From positions 1 to 45,081 of the IMG/VR virus record IMGVR_UViG_3300036833_000162: 45,081 nt of DNA, one strand, 5' to 3'. The position numbers were made by a program, and so were the translations under genes. The notes beneath the pieces are model-generated. The model was not told where the DNA came from. It was given only the letters and a program-made list of their open reading frames with translations, and did no database searches. Source of the DNA: a virus (lineage: Duplodnaviria; Caudoviricetes). Below, in pieces: positions 8,699 to 16,351 of this stretch. Numbering within the stretch: position 1 is the first letter of the stretch; each line of letters opens with the position of its first letter.

Positions 8699-9238
8699 TC
8701 ATTCTTCCCCGGCATCCCCGGCATCCTCGTCGTCGTCCTTGTCCTTGCCCGCGCTGACCGCATTCGTCATGTCGACGGTGGCCGGCACCTGATGCCTGAG
8801 CAGGCTGACGAGCTTGGCGGTTTCCTCGGGCGTCGGTAACACCTGCGCGCGCGCCACGCACGCACACGTGCCGCCTTCCTTGGGCGTAACCGTGAGCCTG
8901 CCGAACTTCGACTCGACGAACAGCATGTCGCCCTTGCCGCGTCCGTTGCCCAGATGCAGGTGCAGTCCGACCGAGGCGTATTCGCCGGCCCACTTCAGCG
9001 TGCCGAGCTGCGGATAGCGTACATGCGTGCGGTGCTCGTCATCCTTGCCCAGCAGGTCGGGGTCGCCCGGTTCATCATAGAGCGCATCGCGCAGCCCGGG
9101 GCCGAGCGTCTCGAGATACGTGTTCGGCACGTCGAAGCCGAGCCGGATATCGATGGCAGTCTTTTCCTCGTCGCCGTGCATTTCGCTCCTGACATTCAGG
9201 TGCAGGATCTTCACCGGGTGCTTCTGCAGCGCAATCAT
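8699..9238 (-). CDS. Conserved phage hypothetical protein
   Basis: HLNVRSEMHGDE..AIDI motif; acidic tail; coupled gene order. Confidence 0.7.
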   Translation of the reverse strand: MIALQKHPVKILHLNVRSEMHGDEEKTAIDIRLGFDVPNTYLETLGPGLRDALYDEPGDPDLLGKDDEHRTHVRYPQLGTLKWAGEYASVGLHLHLGNGRGKGDMLFVESKFGRLTVTPKEGGTCACVARAQVLPTPEETAKLVSLLRHQVPATVDMTNAVSAGKDKDDDEDAGDAGEE

Positions 9239-9483
9239 GGCTTCTCCTCGTGGTCGGCCAGCTCGGCCAGGTAATCGCCAAAGTGACGGGCCTCGCGCTG
9301 CAGCAGCTCGAGTTCCAGTATCGCGGTCACATCATCAAGTTCCGCAATATGCAGGTTCGCGTCGAGCATCGCCTTGAAGCCGGCATAGAAGGCCACGCGC
9401 ATCTCGTGCAGCTGGATCGCGTGCGCGTGAGACGACAGGCAGCGCGTGCGGAATATCAGCCAGCGGTCCTCGATCGTGTTCAT
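9235..9483 (-). CDS. Hypothetical phage protein
   Basis: EMRVAFYAG motif; 4-nt overlaps. Confidence 0.7.
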   Translation of the reverse strand: MNTIEDRWLIFRTRCLSSHAHAIQLHEMRVAFYAGFKAMLDANLHIAELDDVTAILELELLQREARHFGDYLAELADHEEKP

Positions 9484-10457
9484 GGTTGCACCTTTTTCCT
9501 GAGGTCATAGGCCTTTTCGATCCAGCCGGTCGCCTGCCTGATGCCGACGATGGTTTTATTGATCCAGATATTGCCGCCCTCAAGGCGGCGGATATGACCT
9601 CGCCGCAGGTGTGCTCTCGGTGATGCACGATCATGGCCGGCGCCAGGCGTCGCTGCATCCTGTGTGGCATGTCCAGGCACATCGAGCGTTAGTATTTTCG
9701 TCTCGAAGATGGGTTTGCGACGGTCACCTGAATGATGTCCACCGACGCCTGATGGCGGGGCCGTGATGGGTCGCGGTGCGACGTTCCTGCAGGTGAGTGC
9801 CTCGAGGAATTCAAGCACCGCCCGCCCCGATGAAGTCGACTGCACCTGTGCAGTCTCCCATGCGTCCGCGTTCTCGGGCTGTGTCACCCAGTGAGCGACC
9901 GCCGGATTGGCGAACACGTAGCACCCCCTTATGCCAACGAGATCACAGTTATCGGCGGTGGTCTGCCATGGATCAAAAATGAAAAAGCTCACCGGCAGCA
10001 GCCCAAAATGTTCAGGAGCATCGTCGGCATTCATCGCCTGACGCAGCCACAGTCCGGTGGCATCCATTGGATAGTGGCCATCACTGACTTCATCGACATG
10101 ACGCGTCCGTGCATGCAGGCCGAAGCCGTTGGTCGCTTCACGCAACGTCGACTCCTTCACGACGAGCAGCCTGTCAGGTGTCGCAGACCAGTCGAACGCA
10201 AAAGCCAGGGTGATGACCGGATAAGGCAGGTGCAAGGTCTCACCTTCAAGTCCACGGCACCCATCATCGAGCAGCATCCCGCCATCAGGCAGCACGAAGT
10301 GCTGAGCCTTCATGATGGCCTGTGCGAAACGGTCAGCTTCAAACATCATTGACTGTCGCTGCTTTTCCGGGAAGTGCCTGAACTTTTGCCTCGCCTGTCT
10401 CGGGACATCGAGCACTGCACGGGAAGCAAACTCCATCGCAGCAGTAAATTCACTCAT
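9480..10457 (-). CDS. Hypothetical protein with an SPR.H.RRGH.R motif
   Basis: 325-aa ORF; C-terminal SPRAHLRRGHIRRL...W....VG. Confidence 0.7.
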   Translation of the reverse strand: MSEFTAAMEFASRAVLDVPRQARQKFRHFPEKQRQSMMFEADRFAQAIMKAQHFVLPDGGMLLDDGCRGLEGETLHLPYPVITLAFAFDWSATPDRLLVVKESTLREATNGFGLHARTRHVDEVSDGHYPMDATGLWLRQAMNADDAPEHFGLLPVSFFIFDPWQTTADNCDLVGIRGCYVFANPAVAHWVTQPENADAWETAQVQSTSSGRAVLEFLEALTCRNVAPRPITAPPSGVGGHHSGDRRKPIFETKILTLDVPGHATQDAATPGAGHDRASPRAHLRRGHIRRLEGGNIWINKTIVGIRQATGWIEKAYDLRKKVQP

Positions 10458-11452
10458 GCCTCACCTTGCTCGCCAGCTTCATCGAATTCATGCATAAGGC
10501 TGCTGTACAGGTCCCGAAGCTCGGCCTGCTGTTCTTCGGGCAGCACACGCCTGATGTTGTCTGCTGCCACGTTCAAGGCATCAGCATCCTTCGCTTCACG
10601 CATGTCATCAGCGACCATCGCATAGGTCACAGGTGGCTGTTCAGGTGCCTTCGGCTTCGGCGTGCGTGAGGCCTGCAGCTTGTCGTGATAGGCCTTGCGC
10701 GCCTGAGCTTTCTCGCCTTCATCCAGTAGCTGGCCCGCACGCTCACCCGCATGCTTGAGGGCCGCGGCGTCGCCGGCCTGCTCGATGTCACGCAGTACAT
10801 CAGCGAGCTTCGGCGGACGGACCTTCTTCAGGTTCGCCTTTACCCCCTCAACGCCTGAGGCGGGCGGCGTCGCTGGCGCTGATGGTCTGACCGGCGGCGG
10901 CACCTCGTCGACCATCCCCATGTCGACCGCCTCACGCAGCAGTTCAGCGACCGGCAGGCCACGCAGCACGTCAGCGAACTGGTCACGCAATGCATAACCT
11001 CGGGCACGCATCGCCAGCATGCGTGGCGGGTACTTCTGCCATACATCCTTGCCGATCAGGCCTGCGGTGCGTGCATCCGAATAACTGAAGCGCTGGATCT
11101 TGTCCTGCCTGCCGTGGCGCTGTGCCACGCAGACCGCTACGGTGTCCTCGCCATCGCCCTCGAAGTATTCGACGACATCCTTGCAGGCCGGGGATGACAG
11201 CACCAGCGCAAGCTGGGCATCGCCCCATATCGAAGGGCGGTTGCCGATAATGGCGATGTTCTGCAGCGCCTGTAATGGCTTCAGGCCGAGTTCATGGCCC
11301 CACTGCATCGCCACCATGCAGGCGTCCGGTTTGCCGATATAGTCCTTCGGCACCAGCCCAGACGCAGCCAGCATGTCAGCAAAGTCTCGCAGTTCGGCAT
11401 ACGAGCGGGGCGACAGGTCCGATGGTTCGGGGGCCTCAATGACTTCATTCAT
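10454..11452 (-). CDS. recT: RecT-like single-strand annealing protein
   Basis: SGLVPK, G.ELGL.PLQALQNI.II..RP, W.KYP.RML..RA...ALRD.F.D motifs; directly after the exonuclease. Confidence 0.8.
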   Translation of the reverse strand: MNEVIEAPEPSDLSPRSYAELRDFADMLAASGLVPKDYIGKPDACMVAMQWGHELGLKPLQALQNIAIIGNRPSIWGDAQLALVLSSPACKDVVEYFEGDGEDTVAVCVAQRHGRQDKIQRFSYSDARTAGLIGKDVWQKYPPRMLAMRARGYALRDQFADVLRGLPVAELLREAVDMGMVDEVPPPVRPSAPATPPASGVEGVKANLKKVRPPKLADVLRDIEQAGDAAALKHAGERAGQLLDEGEKAQARKAYHDKLQASRTPKPKAPEQPPVTYAMVADDMREAKDADALNVAADNIRRVLPEEQQAELRDLYSSLMHEFDEAGEQGEA

Positions 11453-12356
11453 GATCGGTTCCTTTGTCGGCTTTGGGCTTGATGAAACGGAAGTCCATGT
11501 AACGGGTTTCGGCAACTTCATATGCCTTGCGTGTGACTTCCTTGCGGCGGTATGAACCCGATCCATCAGGCAGCTCGCCGATGGCATGCTGGCCGAGTGC
11601 TTCGAGCAGATGCGCATCACAACCATCAGCCACGGCTTCGTACTCCTTCGCCCGCTGACGTGCCTGCATGCGTATCCTGTGCCATTGCAGCAGATCATCA
11701 TCGAGCGTGATGGTGCTGCCATCGGTGCCCGGATATAACTTGCGCAACAGTGGCAGCGTGCTGATGTTTTGATAGTCGAGCGGTGGCGGTTCACCACGTT
11801 CAACATAACCCCAGAACTCACGTGCGCCATCAAGGATCATGGACTCAAGCTCGGCATCACGACGGACTTCATAACGCACCAGCCGGTTGCCACCAACCAG
11901 CACCACCACATAGGCAAGCGGATAATCAAAGCACGCCATATAGGTCGCCACCTGCAGCAGATATCGTTGCGGCACCTGATCAGTTCCAGGCTCACCGTAC
12001 TCGCCACTCGTCTTATAGACCCATTGGTCGACCGACTTCAGTTCGACGATGATCTTCTCACCAACGATGGTGCGGTCGACATGACCCTGCAGTTTATCGA
12101 AGCCCTTGTGAACGACTGCCACATGCTTCTGGCGCAGTGTCCATTTATATTCTTCGGTGGCCAGTTCAGCGATGGCAGCTTCAAGGGCACGGCCAGCGCG
12201 CGTGAAGCTCGTGTCAGGATTCTCGGGCAGTTCACCGGTCTTGATGGCATACAGTTCACGCGCCGTACGGTAAGGATCAACGCCAAGGACAGCGGCCATG
12301 TCACTGCCGCCGATGCCTTTGCGCCGCTCCTCCAGCCATTGTTCACGTGCGTTCAT
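11445..12356 (-). CDS. YqaJ-like viral recombinase / lambda-exonuclease family protein
   Basis: WLEERRKGIGGSD, G.ALE, HVDR, ELKS and Y.LQV..YM motifs. Confidence 0.9.
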   Translation of the reverse strand: MNAREQWLEERRKGIGGSDMAAVLGVDPYRTARELYAIKTGELPENPDTSFTRAGRALEAAIAELATEEYKWTLRQKHVAVVHKGFDKLQGHVDRTIVGEKIIVELKSVDQWVYKTSGEYGEPGTDQVPQRYLLQVATYMACFDYPLAYVVVLVGGNRLVRYEVRRDAELESMILDGAREFWGYVERGEPPPLDYQNISTLPLLRKLYPGTDGSTITLDDDLLQWHRIRMQARQRAKEYEAVADGCDAHLLEALGQHAIGELPDGSGSYRRKEVTRKAYEVAETRYMDFRFIKPKADKGTDHE

Positions 12357-12564
12357 TTCCTTCTCCATCGATGCCCCGCACGCGAAAGGCTTCACGCATT
12401 ATGTCGAGCAGGGGTTTACCGCCTACGAAGTTACGACTGTCAACGGTGCGCACTTCCTGCCGCCAGCCGAATTCGTGAAGCTCGTTTATAAACATCGTCA
12501 GATCGATGTTGCTTAGTGACCGTATAAAAGCGAGGTCCTCGGTGCTTGGCTTGATCTTGTTCAC
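12343..12564 (-). CDS. Hypothetical protein
   Basis: Fills the operon gap with overlaps at both ends (GTG start). Confidence 0.5.
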   Translation of the reverse strand: MNKIKPSTEDLAFIRSLSNIDLTMFINELHEFGWRQEVRTVDSRNFVGGKPLLDIMREAFRVRGIDGEGNERT

Positions 12565-13151
12565 GACGCACTCTCCGCGCTTCGAATAACGCAGCGCGGC
12601 ACGCCGTCGTCGTCGAAGTAGTCGTTCGCTTCTTTTTCATCGGTCTCTGCGTCGAGCGCATCGGCGTGTGCCATCTTTGCTTCGCCTTCGGCGCGCAGGC
12701 GCGCAGCGTTGGCGCGTAGCTCGGCCTTGGTCATAAGCGAACGCTTTTTGTAGCCATCCCCGACCGGATAACGCGGTTGCAGGCCCGCATCGAACACACT
12801 GATCGTCATCTGCTGTTCGCTTGCGGCCTGCTCGGTGCGGTGGGTGTTCGCGCAAAGGCTCCCGGCCATGTGCACGAGCGTCGCGTGAGCCAGCGCGCGC
12901 ACATGCACGGATGCCCGCTCTTTGGGGTCAAGCAGCTTGAGCACGCGGGCGGCGAGATCGACCGGTCGGATCGTGGCGAGATCCTCGGCGTCCATCGTCG
13001 TGTATTCCGCGCGTAAAAGTGAAGCAACGTGCGTCAGGTCATGCAGCAGCTTGTCGCCGTCAGGTTTCTTCACTTTCACATTTGGCGTCTTCATCTTCCT
13101 CGTGGACCTTTTCGCTGGCTCGCTCTCGGACCTGCTCTCGGACGTGTTCAT
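12561..13151 (-). CDS. Hypothetical phage protein
   Basis: AAGGA RBS, ATGA overlap; LQPRYP...HADAL C-terminal part. Confidence 0.65.
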   Translation of the reverse strand: MNTSESRSESEPAKRSTRKMKTPNVKVKKPDGDKLLHDLTHVASLLRAEYTTMDAEDLATIRPVDLAARVLKLLDPKERASVHVRALAHATLVHMAGSLCANTHRTEQAASEQQMTISVFDAGLQPRYPVGDGYKKRSLMTKAELRANAARLRAEGEAKMAHADALDAETDEKEANDYFDDDGVPRCVIRSAESAS

Positions 13152-13822
13152 GACGGTTCCTTCATGAAGGGCAGGCGTGAGAGCCAGTTGATCATCGTGG
13201 GAACGATGCGCTGCCAATCGGCCTGCATGGTTGCGGTCATTCCGCCATAGACATCTGCGGGGTCTTTGTCAGCAAAGCCTTTGCGTTCGAAGTCACGCAG
13301 GTAGCCGTGCAGCAGGATCGTTTCGCGTTCGATGACAGCCGCTCCGTTGACGGCCTTGACGACATGCTTCGGCGCGAGCGCCACCATCGAGGCAGTCGTC
13401 GGTGGCCGTTCACGGTCATGCAGCGCCGCGTCGAACTGCGGCTCGGGTATGGTCGCGATGGCCTGCCAGTCTTTGGCCTGCTGCTTCGAGATACCTTGAT
13501 CAGCGAAAGAAGGCGTGTTTTTTTCGGGCGGAGTGACGATCACCCCGCCCGAAGAATCACGCCCGCGCATCGTCCCGCGCGTGCCTGCCGACTTGATCTG
13601 TTTCAGCATGAGATCACCCGCACGGCGCTCGGCGCGCAGGCGAATTTCGCGCGCACGGTCCTCTGCATCGTGATTTTTTGCCTGCCGCAGATACACCTCC
13701 AGAGCGCGCGCCTTGTCACGCAGGTCCTTGACCTCGTCGACGGCGACGCACTCGGCAATCGCGCGGCACATCGAGTCATAGCGGACAAGCTCTAGCGTCT
13801 CGACTTTCACCACTGCGTTCAT
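13148..13822 (-). CDS. Hypothetical helical DNA-binding-like protein
   Basis: YD..CRAIAE...VDEVKD.RDKA.A...Y..QAKN...EIRLRAERR.G domain followed by an HTH-like GISKQQA.DWQ segment. Confidence 0.7.
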   Translation of the reverse strand: MNAVVKVETLELVRYDSMCRAIAECVAVDEVKDLRDKARALEVYLRQAKNHDAEDRAREIRLRAERRAGDLMLKQIKSAGTRGTMRGRDSSGGVIVTPPEKNTPSFADQGISKQQAKDWQAIATIPEPQFDAALHDRERPPTTASMVALAPKHVVKAVNGAAVIERETILLHGYLRDFERKGFADKDPADVYGGMTATMQADWQRIVPTMINWLSRLPFMKEPS

Positions 13823-13986
13823 GCCATGCTCCCTGCAAGGCGATACAGGCAACCGATCGCGATGCGCGGCTCGGCATAGCGCCAGCGCATCGACCACCAC
13901 TGCCGGCGCAGACCCTTTGGGATCGAGCGCAATACCGCGCGATAGGACATCGGCGTGCGCCGGTTGAACTGGTAGCAGGTGGTCAT
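13819..13986 (-). CDS. Small basic hypothetical protein (55 aa)
   Basis: ATGA overlaps at both ends; GAGGAGG RBS; below the ORF-track length cut-off. Confidence 0.5.
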   Translation of the reverse strand: MTTCYQFNRRTPMSYRAVLRSIPKGLRRQWWSMRWRYAEPRIAIGCLYRLAGSMA

Positions 13987-14453
13987 GGCCCGTCCTCCTC
14001 GCGTAACGAGCGGCCGGCGCGCTGCAGTGCGGCTTCGACTTCGCGCAGCGATCTTTGGCCGAACCCGGGCACCCGCAGCAGGTCTTCAGCGCTGCATACG
14101 CACAGGTCGTGCACGCGGTAGATGCCCATCGAGGCAAGCCGGTTCGTGATGCGGAAGTTCAGCTCGAGCGCGCTCACCGATGCGGTGCTGTCAACCGGTT
14201 CAACGGGCTTCCTGTTCTTGCGGGCGAGTACTGTGGCACGCCAGCCGTCCGAGTCGCGGTCGCGGAACGGACCCTTCACTTCCGGGCACGCCTCGATGTC
14301 GATCGCGTTCTTCATGTCGAGCGCTGCGTTCGTGACCGCATCAATATCCGCGCCACTGACGGTGGCGCGAGCGGCACCGTGCTCGTCGGTATCGAAGACA
14401 ACGGTAACGCCCTGCGCGATATCCGGCAGCGTGAACTGCTTTTCCATTTTCAT
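13983..14453 (-). CDS. Protein with an RNA polymerase alpha-subunit C-terminal domain
   Basis: LELNFRITNRL...GI....DL.....EDLLRVPGFGQRSLREV aligns by eye with alpha-CTD (LELTVRSANCL...ELLKTPNLGKKSLTEI); start may be 14447, 14453 or 14501. Confidence 0.85.
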   Translation of the reverse strand: MKMEKQFTLPDIAQGVTVVFDTDEHGAARATVSGADIDAVTNAALDMKNAIDIEACPEVKGPFRDRDSDGWRATVLARKNRKPVEPVDSTASVSALELNFRITNRLASMGIYRVHDLCVCSAEDLLRVPGFGQRSLREVEAALQRAGRSLREEDGP

Positions 14454-14635
14454 TGGAATCCGGCAATCGATCGGGTAACAGAAGGCTTTAAGCGTAGTCA
14501 TTCGGATTCTGTTTGCAAGCGGCCGGAATCTTTCAGTTTGCCTAAAATAAAACCATGGCCTCGATTATGATTTTCAACGCGCAGTTCATTTACAAAAATC
14601 TGAAAGGCTTGTCGTATCTGGGATAGCTGAAAATC

Positions 14636-14690
14636 TTCGCCCCCGTTTCGCCCCGGTTTCGCCCCGCGTTCGCCCCCGTTTCGCCCCGGA
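14636..14690. repeat. 5 x 11-bp tandem repeat TTCGCCCCnnn
   Basis: ttcgcccccgt ttcgccccggt ttcgccccgcg ttcgcccccgt ttcgccccgga. Confidence 0.95.
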
Positions 14691-14753
14691 TAGGATCAAA
14701 CCCTTGGTCGGGAAAACCCCGAGCCAGCACGACATGTGGTCAAAAAGACACCG

Positions 14754-14783
14754 TTGGCATACCGCTGATGCTGGGTCTACACT
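14754..14783 (+). promoter_or_regulatory. Candidate sigma70 promoter for the cro-like gene
   Basis: TTGGCA-N18-TACACT upstream of GGAGG RBS and ATG 14828. Confidence 0.45.
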
Positions 14784-14827
14784 GATCAGACATTGTGCTT
14801 CATTCATCCCGGTCTGGAGGCCAGAAA

Positions 14828-15121
14828 ATGGGCTTCGGTCGTAAGGTCGGCCGCGTTCCACCGCAGCTCGAGCCGCTGCAGAAGGCGATCGCCATCTGCG
14901 GATCACGGCGCGAACTGGCACGCCGGCTACGCCAGTACGGCCCGTGCACGTCCGGGCGCATCGACATGTGGTTCGTGCGCGATAGCGCGGTGCCGCTGGA
15001 CATGGCGGCCTCTATCTCGGCCGCTGTCGAGGGGCTGGTGAGCATTGAGGAACTGGAGCGGGCGACTCATCATCACCTGCGCAGGCATGCCCGACGACGT
15101 AATGTTTCAGGGCGTCTCTGA
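14828..15121 (+). CDS. Cro/YdaS-like HTH regulator
   Basis: LQKAIAICGSRRELARRL...W.....VP...A..I..A..G.VS.EEL pattern; first gene of the rightward operon. Confidence 0.8.
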   Translation: MGFGRKVGRVPPQLEPLQKAIAICGSRRELARRLRQYGPCTSGRIDMWFVRDSAVPLDMAASISAAVEGLVSIEELERATHHHLRRHARRRNVSGRL

Positions 15122-15215
15122 TTAACGGCAGGCAGCAGTTCCGATTTATCCCAAACTAGAAAACTTGAATGCCGGCAACAGGCCGGACGTGGTTTTTTTT
15201 CGTCTTTCACTTCTG

Positions 15216-15252
15216 AAAAAAAGGCACCGGAGCCTTGTGTTCCGGTGCCTTT
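15216..15252 (-). terminator. Strong hairpin terminator facing the minus strand
   Basis: aaaggcaccgga-N9-tccggtgccttt with an A7 run on the left (T7 on the minus strand). Confidence 0.65.
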
Positions 15253-15369
15253 GAATATCCCGATTTAGCTGATCGGGAAAGAGGACGATGAAAAGATATC
15301 ACGCCCGCTTTGAAAAGGGCAACCGGAACCAGTGATTAATCCGGGCTGCAGGATCAAGAGGACATTAAA

Positions 15370-16074
15370 TTGGACCCTGATATCTTCTGGCTTGAGGGTG
15401 CTGAGCTGGATTTGCTCGTTGAGCACCCTCTCTGCTCGTCTGTTCCAGCGAGCAGAGAGGTCGCCGTGCGTGATGCGATCGCGCATCCGGTGGTGCTGCT
15501 CGACGGCATGATTCTCGACGGTCGTGCCCGCGTGCATGAGGCCATGCAGCACGCGCTCGCCTGTCCGTGCCGCAGGTTCGATGCGGCGCGTGACCTGCAC
15601 CCGGTGATCGTGATCGGCGAGGCGGCGGCGCGACGGCTGACGAAGGCGCAATGCGCGGTGCTCGCCGTGCGCCTGCTGGCCGTGGTCGCGAGTCGTCCCG
15701 TGTGGCTCGAGCGACACGATCGCGGCATGGCCGCGCGGACCCGCACGCACGAAGGCTGTGTGCCGCTGCTGCGTGCCTTCCGGGTATCGGACCGCCAGTA
15801 CCAGCGTGCCAAGGCACTGCCCGACGATCTGCTCGACGCGGTGGACGCGCACCGCATCTCGCTGAAAAACGCCTTCGTGGTGCGCGGCTTCACGCCGGCC
15901 GCACGGCACCGGCTCGTGATGCTGACCGCTGCCGAACAGAAGGCCGCGATCGATCGCCTGATGGGCAAACACACCAGCAACCAGCGCCGGAGCGAGTGGG
16001 TCATGAGTCTCGACAGCGACGCAGCCCGCTTCTTCAAACCCCTGATGGACCGTATCCGCAGGCTCAAGCTCTGA
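15370..16074 (+). CDS. Divergent ParB-N-like domain protein
   Basis: HPL...P and HPVVLLDGMILDGRAR motifs, then an HTH-like segment; TTG start with GAGGA RBS. Confidence 0.6.
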   Translation: MDPDIFWLEGAELDLLVEHPLCSSVPASREVAVRDAIAHPVVLLDGMILDGRARVHEAMQHALACPCRRFDAARDLHPVIVIGEAAARRLTKAQCAVLAVRLLAVVASRPVWLERHDRGMAARTRTHEGCVPLLRAFRVSDRQYQRAKALPDDLLDAVDAHRISLKNAFVVRGFTPAARHRLVMLTAAEQKAAIDRLMGKHTSNQRRSEWVMSLDSDAARFFKPLMDRIRRLKL

Positions 16075-16111
16075 GCGCGCACGCGGCCTGCTGAAAAAAC
16101 CGGAGACAACG

Positions 16112-16351
16112 ATGGACACGCATCACTGCATCACACTCAGGATCAAGGTCGAGCCGGCGCAGGGTATGGCCGCCTGGCTCGCGGTGGCCCGCGCCCTGCG
16201 TGTTGCAGGAAGGCAGCAGCTGCCCGAGGCCGAACCGCGTATCGATCACGACGTGCTGTGCGGTGCGCTGGCGTGTCTGGTCGGTGAGGAAGACGATGCG
16301 CAGGCGCGCCGGCTGATGACCGTGCGCGCATTGCCGTGGCAGCATGAGTGA
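16112..16351 (+). CDS. Hypothetical protein
   Basis: GGAG RBS; overlaps the start of the initiator gene. Confidence 0.55.
   Translation: MDTHHCITLRIKVEPAQGMAAWLAVARALRVAGRQQLPEAEPRIDHDVLCGALACLVGEEDDAQARRLMTVRALPWQHE

Noticed and set aside
14636-14690. Possible CRISPR array
   Set aside because: Units are 11 bp and contiguous, with no spacers and no cas genes
14586-14921. Minus-strand 111-aa ORF as the missing CI
   Set aside because: No HTH; its GAKRG repeats are just the translated 11-bp array, and it overlaps the cro-like gene
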